DNA of 53,696 nt, taken from a virus (lineage: Duplodnaviria > Caudoviricetes). The notes below the pieces were generated by a model, which saw only the letters and a list, made by a program, of their open reading frames with translations, searched no databases and was not told where the DNA came from. The translations under genes and the position numbers were made by a program. The stretch spans positions 1-53,696 of IMG/VR virus record IMGVR_UViG_3300025450_000802; one strand, 5' to 3'. Positions 26,639 through 40,600 of this stretch are shown here, piece by piece; position 1 is the first letter of the stretch, and every line of letters starts with the position of its first letter.

Positions 26639-27874
26639 TTATCTAATCATAACGATGGCTTCTACTGTGCCAACGTCATCTGTAAGTTTGTCTGCTAATG
26701 CTCGTCCAATTGTATTGAATGCTGTAGCTTCGCCTGATTTAGCTGCGCGTGCTATGCCTTCGCCTGCACTTACTAAACGATCACCTTTATTTACTTTTCC
26801 TGTAACTTTAACTTCTACACGACCGGTAACAGCTACTGGTGGGTGAGTATTGTCATCACCTGCACCTGCGTTCATTAAGTAAGCAGCAGTGTTACTAATA
26901 ACACCAAATACATCTTCACTTAATTCGTATTGAACTGCTGTGATTTCTGCTTTACCGCCCAATTGAACAACAGTACCTGGAGCATACACATCGTCCGCAG
27001 CAAAACGTTCCGCCAAGTCAGCGTATGTAGCATTCAATCTTGAACCTGCACTTAGTGACCAGTTTCCTGTAATTGTACCAGAGTTAGTATTGGCGCCAGT
27101 TGATAATGTTGAACCATTGAACACTGCTGCACCACCTGATAGACCAACATTACCTGAATAAGTTGGAAGATATGCTTGAACGTTTGAGTTACTATATGTA
27201 CCAGCAAAGCTAATTGGATTACCATTTGCATAGTAGTAATAATCTGTTCTAATACCAATATTGCCACCACCTTGAATTAACAAGTTGCCGCCTGTGACCC
27301 ACATACTTGTACCTGCAGTACCGTTTGCAGTTCCTGAGCCATTTGCTGTCCAAACACCAGTTAATGTACCTGATGTTGATTGTGAACCTGCAGTAATAAC
27401 TTGTGTTGTTAATGTACCAATATTAGCAGAAGTGATATTTGCATTGCCAATATTAGCGTTAGATGCGATAGTTGCAAAGTTTACAGAAATAAGATTTGCT
27501 GTAATTGTGTTTGTAATATTTGCATTACCTGCTGTGATGTTTCCTGAAACAGTAACATTACCGAATGTTGTTGTACCTGAGCTACCTGATTGTGCCAATG
27601 ACAACCATGCATTAGCATTTGTGGTACCTTGTGCGGGGCATACAAGAAGCGTGTTTGTATTTGTATTAAACCAAAGTTGACCTGCTAGTGGATGAGCAGG
27701 GGGAGTAGCGTTAGCAAAATTTTCAGTTAGCCATACAAAGTTTTCATCTACGGGTTGTCCGTAACCTGCATAGTTTCTACCGGGCAAGCCTAATGATGTA
27801 CTGGTTGTATTAATGGTACCGTCTGGAATGGTTGTAAGTACTGTACCATTAGTTAAAAGTATTGTATATGACAT
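26639..27874 (-). CDS. Putative tail fibre with C-terminal chaperone/autocleavage-like domain
   Basis: N-terminal GRNYAGYG..ENF..GQLWF, a beta-repeat middle (GNANI/GNVTVSGN) and C-terminal YADLAE...GRV.VKV.G...KGDRLVS. Confidence 0.7.
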   Translation of the reverse strand: MSYTILLTNGTVLTTIPDGTINTTSTSLGLPGRNYAGYGQPVDENFVWLTENFANATPPAHPLAGQLWFNTNTNTLLVCPAQGTTNANAWLSLAQSGSSGTTTFGNVTVSGNITAGNANITNTITANLISVNFATIASNANIGNANITSANIGTLTTQVITAGSQSTSGTLTGVWTANGSGTANGTAGTSMWVTGGNLLIQGGGNIGIRTDYYYYANGNPISFAGTYSNSNVQAYLPTYSGNVGLSGGAAVFNGSTLSTGANTNSGTITGNWSLSAGSRLNATYADLAERFAADDVYAPGTVVQLGGKAEITAVQYELSEDVFGVISNTAAYLMNAGAGDDNTHPPVAVTGRVEVKVTGKVNKGDRLVSAGEGIARAAKSGEATAFNTIGRALADKLTDDVGTVEAIVMIR

Positions 27875-27896
27875 AGTTTCAATAGCTCCGCTTTCT

Positions 27897-27903
27897 TATT
27901 TAT
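27897..27903 (-). promoter_or_regulatory. Late-promoter-like ATAAATA box
   Basis: Directly after the upstream stop; followed by a GGAG SD and ATG 27874. Confidence 0.6.
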
Positions 27904-27904
27904 C

Positions 27905-28519
27905 TTAAGTTGTAATCAAGTTAGTTAGGGCTTGTATTCTAACTGTATAATCTATCTGTATTTGTCTATTTAATGATTTTTGTACAGGGTGAAATACCAC
28001 GTGTGTCAATAAGCTGGTAATTACGTTACCATTGCTATCTGTGCCATTATTAGACAATAATCCCAATTCATCAAAAACATATATGGAATCGGTTTGTGTG
28101 CTGTTATCAAACGCATTTTGACCAGCAGGTTCGCCGTAATCCAACAAACATTGAACTAAAATGTCAGTATAAACGTTACCTGAAGTATGATATACTGTCA
28201 TATTATTACGTGTAGGGTCTAGGTTAAACACACTGTTATCGTCTACAATCTTTGAATAAGTCTGATTGTATAACGCAACATTTTGACCAGTTACGTTTGG
28301 TGGCAAGTATGTAATTACCCCTGTGCTATCTACTGATGCAGCACCGTTACCAAACGCCATTTCATAAATCTCACCATAACCACGTGCGCTAAGTGTATTA
28401 GCTATTGCTATGGACATATTCTCATAGTTAATGGCATTTTTCTTATCTACAAAGATTTCCCCATTGTTTGGGTCATAAATCTTTAAAAATCCTTCAACTT
28501 TATAAGCTAAATTAATCAT
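27905..28519 (-). CDS. Putative baseplate/virion structural protein
   Basis: 204-aa ORF with FDELGL and THVVFHPVQKSLNR.IQIDYTVRI; the call rests mainly on context. Confidence 0.6.
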   Translation of the reverse strand: MINLAYKVEGFLKIYDPNNGEIFVDKKNAINYENMSIAIANTLSARGYGEIYEMAFGNGAASVDSTGVITYLPPNVTGQNVALYNQTYSKIVDDNSVFNLDPTRNNMTVYHTSGNVYTDILVQCLLDYGEPAGQNAFDNSTQTDSIYVFDELGLLSNNGTDSNGNVITSLLTHVVFHPVQKSLNRQIQIDYTVRIQALTNLITT

Positions 28520-28669
28520 TTAATCGGCCCTCTTATCAACCAACACTTCTTTAGTGTTAGGATCAGTAATTTTTACGTGGGAAGAAAATTGCAAAGTTCC
28601 CAACTCATTGGGCTTTTTCTGGGGTGTGGATACCTTAGAATTAATATTTTTTGAATTATCTGATTTCAT
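28520..28669 (-). CDS. 49-aa protein MKSDNS...KPNELGTLQFSSHVKITDPNTKEVLVDKRAD
   Basis: Hand-translated; fills the gap, its stop abuts the next ATG, and ATAAATA lies 5 nt upstream. Confidence 0.75.
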   Translation of the reverse strand: MKSDNSKNINSKVSTPQKKPNELGTLQFSSHVKITDPNTKEVLVDKRAD

Positions 28670-28674
28670 AGAAT

Positions 28675-28681
28675 TATTTAT
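28675..28681 (-). promoter_or_regulatory. Late-promoter-like ATAAATA box, 5 nt before ATG
   Basis: GATAAATA-ATTCT-ATG on the minus strand. Confidence 0.6.
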
Positions 28682-28687
28682 CATTAC

Positions 28688-31600
28688 TTATTGCCCCGTA
28701 TTTAAGAAATTAGCAGGAGCAGTCTGTGCTAGCTGTAAAGGATCGCCCTCAGTTGTATTATAAATTCCTGGAATTGGATTCCAAGTTACGTTATAATAAA
28801 TGTTTGACAATTGATTTGTAGACAATAATCCTAACACTTGTGTAAATGCAGGGATAAATGTTTGCGTTCCTGTTCCGTTAGCTCCACGAGTTAATTGACT
28901 GATTGTATTATCAGTGAAGTTTACCGATCCAAACATAATTTGTTCGCCGTTGACATAAATCAAATTACCCTGTAATGAAATAATTGTCAATGAGTCACCG
29001 GTGCTTACACCTGCTGTTATCTCTAATGTTGGTGCCAAGTCAATAACTTGTACATAATAATCACTACTTGGTAAAGTTTGACCAGTAGTATTGTTGTAAA
29101 CTGATACATTAGTTAATGTGCGTTTGTCTACAGTTAACCCAATATTGATAATACCATTTACAGCACTAGGAGCTGTGACATTTTGTACGATTGTTTCTGT
29201 AATTTGAGTTACATCATTTACGTAAATTGTTGTGTCAAGGTCACCTAATGCACGTGTCAACCAAGTTTTTGCCATATTAGCGTTGTATACAGTTGGTACT
29301 TGTACTTGATTTACGTTCATGTAGTAAGTCATTTGATTTGGTGTTGCTGAAGGCATCATACTTGTTATAATTACTTCATCACCTGGCACAATAGTTGTCA
29401 ATATGCTTACATCATTGCCTGGATTAATACGTAATGAACTACTTGGCAAGCGATAGCCATTTACAGTCACCCATAATCTGTCAACATTAGTTTGTTGCCA
29501 TTGTGTTACATTTATTGATCCTGTGCCACTTGTTAATGCTAAATTACTACCAAATTGAGTTGCAGAAACATAGAACTCAGTTTCACTTAAAATTTCGCTT
29601 ACATAATATTCTTGACCTGCAATTAAGCCACCTAATAATGTTGAACCTAATGTTACTCCTGTTTCTGTAAAGTAAACTGGGGTACCTACAATTAATCCTA
29701 ATGCAGAACCAGCAGTAATTTTACCATCTGTTGCTGTAGCTGTTGCCACTGTATCAATAATTGTGAATAGTCCATCTCTCCAAACATAACCACCACCAGT
29801 GTATGAAGAAATGTTAGTGACTGGATAATTTGTTGCGTTATATGCAGGACTATATGGTTGTGTATAGATAGCAAATTGTGTTGTAGAAATTACCTTAGCA
29901 TAATATGTGTTATTATTAAGTTGAGTCGAACCTGTAGTACCATCAATTCTTACAATAACGTTAGTTTGTAAACCATGAGGTATACCAGTTGTTATTGTAA
30001 CTGAAGTGTTACCGCCTTCTGTAACTACTACATCACCAGAAGCATTACTTAAACCAATTGTGTTTCCGTTTTCATCTGCAATGGTAAATGTTGTTCCAGA
30101 TGCGATAGTTTTTACAAAGTATGTTTCACCTAACAAGTCAATATTACCAAATGTTGCTAACAATACAGTACCTGTACCTGAAGCAGCAGAACCATTATAT
30201 ATAAATGTTATGCCTACTGTGTTTGATGCAGCACCTAATGCAGTAAAGTCAGTTGTACCAATACTTATAATTTGATAGGTATCACCGTTACTCATAGATG
30301 TTACTGGAATAATTGTAGATGAGAATTGTACAGGTTGACCAGCAACAAATCCTGAAGTTGAACTACATGTAATTAAGTTACCTGTTGAAGCTGTAGCTGT
30401 TGCAGTTGTAACAGTTGGTGCTGTTATTGTATTATTAATACTGATAATGTCGGCTACTGTAATACCGTTAATTGTACCTGTCATCAATCCACTATCAGTT
30501 GTTACTGTTACTGGTGAGCCACCTGCTTCTGTTGATATTACAAAATCAGTAGAATTTATTATTTGTGTTATGTAATAACTTGCACCTGCAACTAAGCCAC
30601 CTATTACTGGGCTAGAGAATACAATCACTTGTCCTACTGTGAATTCTGATGTTGTATATCCAGTGTCGAGTGTTAAGTAATTCAATAATTCATCGTAAAG
30701 ATCGGTGCTATATCCAGTTGTACCACCTTCATCATAAGAAACTACAGTATGTGTTGTGGCAGAAACAACAACTGTTACAGATTGTGAAAGTGTTGAACCA
30801 CTAATACCATATTGTGTGTTTAAATATTGATTGTCTGTTAAGTTATATGATGTTACAGCAACTGTCTCTCCATTAGCAGGAGGGGTAGTGAATACGATTG
30901 TTTTAGCAATATCATCAATTGCATATTGTGATGATGTTTGTCTTAACCCATTTACTTCTACAATAGCATTAGTTGGGTTAGCTTCACCTATATAGTTAGA
31001 TAATGTAAATGATGATTGCGCTCCGTTGCCAATATACACTTGAGTTTCTGGAAGTGTGTATCCATATTGTACAGGTTGTGTTTCACCAAATAATGTATAA
31101 GTCAAGTAATCTACACTAGTGTCATAAGGAGCAGCAAATACTAATTTAGCTGAAATACCGTTAGCAGCTAACGCAACTGCATAATCGCTGGTTATAAATG
31201 AAGCTCCACCTACTGCGTCAGTTAATTGTACTGTTTGACCATTTGGTGTTGTAGAAATTGTAAAATTGTTAAAGTCAACAATTTGTTTGATATAATATGT
31301 TGTTAACGGAGTAATGCCACCAAACATTGTATTGCTAAATGTAATTGGTGTGTTCGCAACTAATCCACTTGTAGAGTTACATAATATTTGATTTGTAGCT
31401 GATGATGTTGCAGTTGCAAAGTTTATTGTGCCTGGAACTAGTTTTGTACCGTTATGTAATACGATTGGTGGGCTCCAGAATACACCATTGCCCGATTCAA
31501 TAATGCAAGTCATACTACCAACGGCATCGGTTAACACAACTGTAGCACCTGCTACACCATTGATAAGTGATGCGGAAACTGTAATACTGTCTGATACTTG

Positions 31601-34600
31601 ACTAATAGATTTTACATAATACTCTTGATTTTCAACGATGTTACCAAATGTTGTACCTTCGAAGAATACTGAGCCGTTTAATACAAATTTTGATGCATCT
31701 GTAACTATAATTGAGTTTGTAGAACTTACTGTTGCTACAGCATCAGTTTGAATAGGTTGTGTTCCAGGACGTACTACGCCATTACCATTGGTAATTGTAC
31801 CACTATAGTTGCAATCTAATTCTATTTCATCAAATCCTGAATTAAAATTATTAACAATAGGATTGACTTTTGTGTTTGATTTAACTAATTCAAATCCATT
31901 ACCAACTTCATATACATCTATTCTTAATTTGTCAGACGGTGAATATGACAACGGAGTTGTTAATGTTATAGTGTTGTTAATCCAATCTACTGTATATCCT
32001 ATATCATTATAGATCGCTGTACATAAGTTTGTGGTATAACTAATTGTATAAACTGCAATTTGTGCTGGAGTTTGAACAGCATTATCAAAACTATAAACTG
32101 TTTGAGATACTGATGTAGGTGACAACTCTAATGAAACTACGTTGTACCCATTGTGTGCATACTCAGCAGGATTCCAATTTGTTCCTGGAAGTGTGTTTAC
32201 AATCATTGATAGATTGTCAGATACAACACCCGGTACTAATTCTTCTGGACCAAAGCCATCGGTAAATGCAGAACCTTGAACGTCATAGACTGCCGGTGCT
32301 ACAGTAAATGTTGCTGTATCAGTCCAACTTGTCAAGTTTGTAGATTGTAATATTGTATTATTGTAACCTACAATTGTATATGTACCTGCATGATATGTTA
32401 CATCATCAAGATTCTCAGTTGTGCCTGATGTTTGTGTTGTCCAGTTAATGCCATCTGTGCTTGTTCTTATTAATCCGTTTGCGCCAATCGCTACAAAGTT
32501 ACCATTTAAATATCTTACAGTATTCAAATCTGATGTTTGAGGATATGCGTACAACATAGTTAATGTTGTTGGACTGTTTGTATTCAGTGTTAATACACTG
32601 CCACCTGATGTTATGCTGATTGTTATTTGAGAGGAGTTTACAATACTCTTTACGTAATATGTAGTTCCTGCTGAGATAACATTGAAGCTAGCACTAAATC
32701 TAATTGGTTGATTTAATGTTAATCCTATAGTGCTACCAACGTTTAAATTATTATTTGTAGCGCCGAATACATTAGTTTCAGTTATACCAAACCAAGTACT
32801 ACCATTAACGCTAGTGTAAATTGCACCATTTTGTCCTACTGCTACAATTGTAGATGTTGACGCATCTACACCATATAAGCCGCTGTAAGTAATTGATGTT
32901 GGTTGATTTAATGAATTACTGAATGGGTTAACTTGTGTCCAGTTTGTACCATCATAACTAATCAATATAATGTCAGTTGCTACAATTTCTCTGAATCCTG
33001 TTGATACATCATAGCGTTGTCCTTGACCTACTGCTACAAATCCTTTAAACGCGGGGATATTAACATATGTTACACCATATAATATATTTGTCAATGTACC
33101 TGAGAATGTATAAGTTTCTTTCCAGTTAATACCATCGATACTTGTAATAATGCTACTACCTACAGCAACATATACCCCATTACCATATGTTGAATTATAT
33201 AACTCTAATCCTGCTAAATTCAATGAAGTAGTATTGTTAGCTGTGTAATAACCTAATGATGACCAAGTTACTGCATCTAAACTTCTTAGAATTGGAGTTG
33301 CACTGTTGGTTGAGGTAACTATGTATAAACCATTGTTGTAGTTAATAGAAGTTAACCCAGATTGTGATGTAGTTAAGTCTTTAACAAACCATGTGTTATC
33401 TGTTAAGTTTGTAACAGTTGCTGCGCCAGTAGAAATGTTTGCAGTTGCGATATAAGTTAGACCGTTGTATACTACGCCATTTAAATTAATATCAGATGGG
33501 TAGAAAGGTTCATCTTGTAATTCTACAGTAATTGGTAATTGCTGACTTGGTTGGAATGGATTACCAAGATATGTGCTGTTTGGATATGTAATACCACTTA
33601 CTAATTGTGATAAATCAATACTAGGTGTACTTGTTTGTAATGATGTTTGTTGATAATAACTTATTCCTGGCATATCAACAGTTGGTTGATAATAACCAAC
33701 AATTCTATCTAATGCGTTAATTCTATTGTCACTTGAATCTAATAATTGCCATTTACCATATATAAATTCACTGTCATTGTTACTTACAATACAAATGTAA
33801 AGCTGATTGTTAAATCTTACAATACTTTGATTGAAGTAGAATGGTTCAGGTAAGAACGCAAATGATCCATAAGTTGCTATTGTAAAGTTTACAGCTTCAG
33901 TAGGTAATGTAACTGCTGAACCTCCTGGTGACGTACTAATTGTCATTGTTGTTGAAGAAGGAATTGTCAATACATAATAAGTTACACCGGCTGTAATGTT
34001 TGGAATATTACTTGGAACGTTGCCAGTAAAGATTACAGGATCGTTAATAGCAAAATCTGATGCGTTTGATATTGTTAATAAATTAGAACCAGTAGTTGTA
34101 TTAGTTACTGTACCAGTTGTAAATCCTTTATAGTTAAAGTCTAGCCCACTTACAGGAACTGTCATTAATGGGTTACTGTAAACTTCAAATGTGTTTGTTC
34201 CAGTAACTCTTAGATAATATTGTTGTTGTGTGCCTGCAGGAGTTGTTCCTGAAACAATAACACTTAATATTGCACCATTGCTATCAATTGAATTGACGGT
34301 AAGAGTTACATCATTTGCAGGACTTAGACCGCCTACTTCTGTTCCACTAATAGTAATTGTATTAGTTAATGCAAATCCAGAACCATTGTTTACTATAATT
34401 GCATTATAACCACCTGCCAAATAACTCATTGTAAAGCTAGCACTAGATGTAGGAACTTGTTCAAATGTTACAGGACCTGATACACTTGTTAATGATACAG
34501 CACTGCCACCTGAAGATGTTGATACTGTTACGTATGGTTCGCCTGTACCAGTCATTGATCCGTTATCTGTAGTTAATACAAATGTAGCTCCGCCTTTTGT

Positions 34601-37600
34601 TGCACTAATAGTAAAGTGTGTAGAATCTACAATTGATTTTACAAAATATGTTTGACCAATACTTATACCACCTAAAGATGTTCCTGTGAACACAATTGGC
34701 ATATTGACAAATAATGATGATGTGCTACTTGTAGTTAAACGATTTGTACTTGATGCTGTAGCGGTAACTATTACAGATATAGTACCAATTGAGGTTACAT
34801 AATATGTTGTGCCAGTGGTTAATCCACCAATGTTTGCACCTACTTGTAATGGCATGTTTACATAGAAGTTTGTTGTACCCGAACTTGAAGAAATAGCGAC
34901 ATAATTCAATGATGATCCAATTGTAGCACCAATTGTTCCTGCTAATTGATTCGAAATGGTTCCATTGCTAATATTAGGATATTGTGATGATGTTTCATAT
35001 AATGTAAATAATTGTCCATTAACTTGACCTGGGCTTACTGGTAATGAGATGTTCATTGTCATACTGCCAGTGCCGCTAGTTAATAGTATAGTATTAGATT
35101 GATTAATTAATGTCGCGTATGTATCATCTGCTTCGGTTACATCACCTAACACAAATACACTACCGTTATAATCAGTTGAAATTGTTATGTTGAATCCATC
35201 AATTATTTCATTGACATAGTAAATGACGTTTGGTAAAATGTTACCAAAACTTGTTACTGATTCATCATTAATTGTTAAATTGTTTATAACGATAGGATCA
35301 TTTACTTTCAATCCTACTGTAGTACCTAGTGTAACATAATTAGTACTTGAACTTGTAGATTTTACTTCAAGTGTCAGCAATTCTGTAGTTGATGATAATG
35401 TAAAGTTTTGATTGTCTAAAATTGTGTTAACATAATATGTTTGGTTTGGTATTATTCCACCAAACACATTGCCTGTAAAGAATACTGGTACACCAACATA
35501 CATGCCTTGTGTGCCACCTGTACCTACAACGCTTGTTGGTACTGTGAAATATCCTGTATTTGTTAATACATTAGCAGTTGTACTTGTAACTTGTCTTATT
35601 CCTGGATAGTTTACTGTTAGTGTTGCTGTATTGACTACTTGTGCAACAGTACATGTTAACCCTGATGACACTATCACTTGATCTGCTAAATCTAATACGC
35701 TACCATTTACGGTTGTAGAAATTGTAAAGTCGGTTAAACTTAATACTTCAGCAACATAATATACAACACCAACTGACAATCCGCTTACGCCAACTGCACC
35801 GGCAAACTGTATTGGCATACCAACTGTCATACCAATTGTAGAACCTGACGCATTTGTTAAATCACTAGAATAAGGAACTAAACGTATAGCGTTTGTAGCA
35901 GAAATAGTTTGTCCAACATTACGAACAAGTGATGACCATTCAACTTGTTGTTTGTTGCCCACATCAACTATTTCAAATAAACATCCATGTGCACTAGCAA
36001 ATATAGTATTAATATTAGGCTGTGTGCTTTGTAATAATATATTAGAACTTGACACTTGTTGTACATTTAATAAGTCGCCAGCAAAGAATGAGCCATAGAA
36101 TGCATCTGCCTTCCAATCTGTTACTTGAGAATTATAAGTGGTTCTATCGAATTTTAATGTGATATTGTTTTCTCTTACCGGAACAGCGGTAGAAATAGCA
36201 GAGGCTTTTGCACCTAAGTTTAATGTATGGTCACTTCCAGTACCTTGATTGTATAATTTCACTCTGTTAGTGTCGTTAATTGCATCTGCGTAAGTAGTAT
36301 AAAGCGCCACAATAACAGCAGGGGCATTTTGTAATACATTTACATAATACCATTGATTATTTTCCAATCCACCTACTGCTGTGCCGCCTAGTGATTGAAT
36401 GTATTTTACTAAGTCACCAGTTTGTAATAATGGAGCATAAATTTGAATTGTGTTCAATAATACGTTTACACTTGAACTTGCAAATATGATTTGTTCAGAA
36501 AAATCAATTAGAATTTCTGGTAGAACAGCATAACCTTCACCTGGATTAATTACGTTTACACCTACTACAGTATCTAAACTCATCACAGCTTCTAATACTG
36601 CAGGAGTTCTAGGAGCTGGGTAAATTGAAGTGTCTATGTAAGCAATTACTCTAGGTGGATTAATATATCCTCTGCCGCCGTTTAATAACAATACAGCAGG
36701 CAAATCAATATATATTTTTTCATTAGCTAAATGTGTGCTAATTGTAGTGCCGTTGTATCCTCTGATTAAATTACTTAATGTATTTGTTGCACGGTTTACT
36801 GTTGAGTAAGCAATTTGTTCAGTACCAATAGTAATTACACCATTTAATGGGAAGCCAGAAGCATTAGCTACTACAATAGTACTGCTACCTAAACTGATGT
36901 AACTTGCCACTGTACTAATTAAGAAATCGTTTTGACCAGTTAAACTTACACCATAATTGTTGAACCATTGATTATACTCGGGTTCTTGCCATATTGGGCT
37001 AGATGGTAAATATGTGTAAACATTATCAGGATTGCTATAGACTAATTGTGGTGAAACAAATTTTTCTATAGTTGTATTGTATTGTGCAGGTAAGTCAAAG
37101 TCACTTACATTACCTTGCCATAATTCATTGCCTGTATAGACATATGTAAATTCTTTAATGAATACGTGATAAGGTAATGCTTCTTGTAAGTAACCAGATA
37201 AGAAGTCTTGATTATCAGATTCATAATTTTCAATAGGTAATAAGTTTCTAATATTATGTGAAACGTCTACTACAGATGTTTTATTCAACCAAGTCAAGTA
37301 ATTTTGTGAAGATACTGATTCGCTTTGAATATATTGGAATAACAATATTAAACTTTGATTTCTGTAAATCAATAAATCATTTGTATAAATTTGTTCAGTT
37401 AATGCACGAACAATCCAATATGTTTCAACGTTTGGATAGGTATCATATGATGCTGTATCATAGAAGTTGTTGCCCCAACCAAATCCTGCACTTGCATAGT
37501 CCCATAAACTTGAATTAAATTGTATTGTACCATTTTGCAAGCCAATGCGTGTCCATATATTACCTGTTTCGTAAATATACCATTCAGATTTACCAGCACC

Positions 37601-40600
37601 GTTAGTTTGTACTTTTACAATAGTTCCCGGTGCTACGCTTAATGTTGACAAATCAGCATAGTAAGGTACTACTGTTGATGATCTAATAGAATCGTCATAA
37701 CCACTAGCCCACCAGTTTACATATGTCCAATAATCTGCTGTGTTGTAGTAAGGACCACTTTCAAATAGATAAGTTGCGCCTTCTCTGATTTCAGTAATAG
37801 GATATTGTAACATTACTGTGTTAGCATATTGCAGGTAATTTTGCAATGCCAAGAAACGATCTAAGAAGAAACTTTGACTTGGGCGTGCTGCAATACCTGA
37901 TTGTACTCTAATTGGTAAGTATGGGTTAGGAACTAACTGTGTTGTAACAGTTGGATCACTTGAAATTGTAGTTCCTGCTAAACTAAACAATAAACGTTGA
38001 TACAACAATGTTGGATTAATGTTGTTTAGTGTTGGCAATCCTGGTAAGAAGTCTTCAGCATAATTTTCTTTAATCAATGCGTATTCAGTATGATATTCAT
38101 CATCGGTTGTGCCAGTTGCATAGCCAATGTTTAATACACTGTCTGTCCCATTTAAATATTCCTGTGAATTATATACTGAAAATACATTAGGCAATACAGG
38201 ACTAATAAAACTAATACCTGAATTAATTGGATTACTAATATATGATTCTAATACTGTATCGGATAATGTTTTATTTTGTTGTGTAAAGATAATATTGCTA
38301 TTTCTTACCCAAAAGTAGTAAGTAGGTATTGCTGCTTGTGAAGCATTCAATGTTACTTCTACTGAATATAATGTAGTATCATATGGGGTTCCTGGACCTT
38401 GATAATTGCTAGGTGGAACATTGCTTGCAATCCATGAGTAAACTGCTACATCACTACCTGGGAATACTGCGCCCCAGTATGTACTATTATAAACTACATC
38501 GTCTTGGTGATAGTTAATAAACTTAACATTAGTTATGTCGAACCATAAATTACCAAGATGTTCCGAGCCCCATACTAACGCACGTTGTGTTACATTACCA
38601 TTGTTATAACTTGCAGGGTCAGTATTTGAAATTACATCTAGGTTTTCTGCTACTGCGCCTAATAATTTGTTTTGCAATGGATCAAAATAATCTAAGTTTA
38701 CTAATGTGTTATTAGTTTGTGCGCTGAAAATTTGCATATAACCAATACGGCTAGTGTCAACGATTGGAGCTGTTTGTCTATATACAGACCAGTCTTGCAT
38801 TCCTGTTGAATTACTGTATGAAATTACTTGACCATAACTTTGTAGTTTGCCATCAGTTGCAACGCCTGAACCCGCACCTGCACCTGTAGCGGTAAACACT
38901 ACACCCACTGTGTTTGATTTTGCGCCAATTAATGTAAAATCTGTTGTACCAACAAATACAATTGTATATGTTGTACCGACTTCAAAAGAACCCGCGTTAG
39001 TATCATAGTTACTCATATTAGGAGTACCAATTAATACTGTGTCGTCTATAAAGTCAAGTGCTGTACCATATCTTGGTTGTGCGCCATATGTTAAGTTAGG
39101 TGCGTTTACATTTTGTGCATATACATATGCACCGCTGTTATAAACAGTTTCATTATACACGCCCAAGTAATCAAACATATATACTGCGCCAGCATTTGGG
39201 AATGTGTCAATAAATTGTGTAGTATTATTGTCAAAAATTGTGTCGTTATCAGGATATTCTACAACGTCAAATGTAGTATCTTCATATCGTGTACCAACTG
39301 GTGCACTAGCTACAAATGAACCAGACTCATTAAATTTAACAGTTGTACCAAATTGTGTTGGACCGTCAGTATGCGGGCAAAGAACGGTTTGTGTTTGAGT
39401 ATAAGGAGTAATACCTAACTCAGTGAATGTGGCTTTATTTAAAGCTGTAACTAATAATTTTTCATTAATTTGTGCTAGCGCATTATTAATTAAACTAATG
39501 ATTAATGTGTTGTTTGCAGTTGCTTGAGCCTGTACGTTAATAATATTAGCTTCATTAATTGTGTTTGCTGCTATAGTTGCGTTAGCGCCAGATGGGATAG
39601 TTACTGCAAAACCATTAATTAACAATGTACGTGCTGCTGTTGTAGCTACAGGAGTTGTGCCATATACTTGACCATAACTGCCGCCACCATTAGTAAATCT
39701 ATATACTGCACCTTCTACTAACTGTTGTGTTAATTCAAATGGTGCGCCGACAATAATTTCACTAGCATAAGTTGTTGTATCTAATGATAAACCAAATTGT
39801 ACGCCAACTTGTGGAGTATTTTGTGTTGTAAGTGTTTGTACGTTAGTGAATATATTGTCGCTTACATTAATAATGTCACCGGCTGTTAATGAGCCTGTGT
39901 AAATTAATTTTGAACCAACTACAGCATAGTTGTTATCTTGTACAGTTGTGCCGTTAACACTTACGTATAATGGATCTGACTGAATGTATGCTTCACCTGC
40001 TGTCAATGATCCATTTGTTAATGTTATTGCTGAGGCACTATTTCTTGAAGCTTTAATAGTAATATTGCTACCAACAATACTGTTCACATAGTAAACTACA
40101 TATTGTTGTAATCCTGTACTACCAAAACTTGTACCAGTAAACATTACAGGATCATTGACATTGATTCCTGTAACACTGTTTAATATAATTTGACTACCTG
40201 TTGTTACAGCACTAGCACTAGTGCTAGTAGTTGTAGGTGTCCATGCTAATTGGAATGTAGAATAACCTGTTGTATTTGTATATTGTGCTACAAGGTTTTG
40301 TACACTTCTTTCGTATACATAAGCTGAACCCCAATTAGATATGTCACCACTTGCTACGTCAGGAGCACCAATCACTACAGTATCACCATAATAATCAGTT
40401 GCTAATGAATAACCAAAATTGTCGCCTGATGATGAAAAACCTGAACCATCAATTACAGTTGAATATTTGTATGTACATTGTGTTGCGGTGCCTGTACCAG
40501 ACCCTGCACCTGTTGCTACAAAGACAATACCAACTTTATTTTCAACTGCGCCAATTGCGGTAAAATCTGTAGTTCCTAAACTTGTAATAGTATATGTTTC

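Noticed and set aside
28554-28763. Plus-strand 69-aa ORF
   Set aside because: Antisense to the better-supported 49-aa ORF and to the end of the giant gene.
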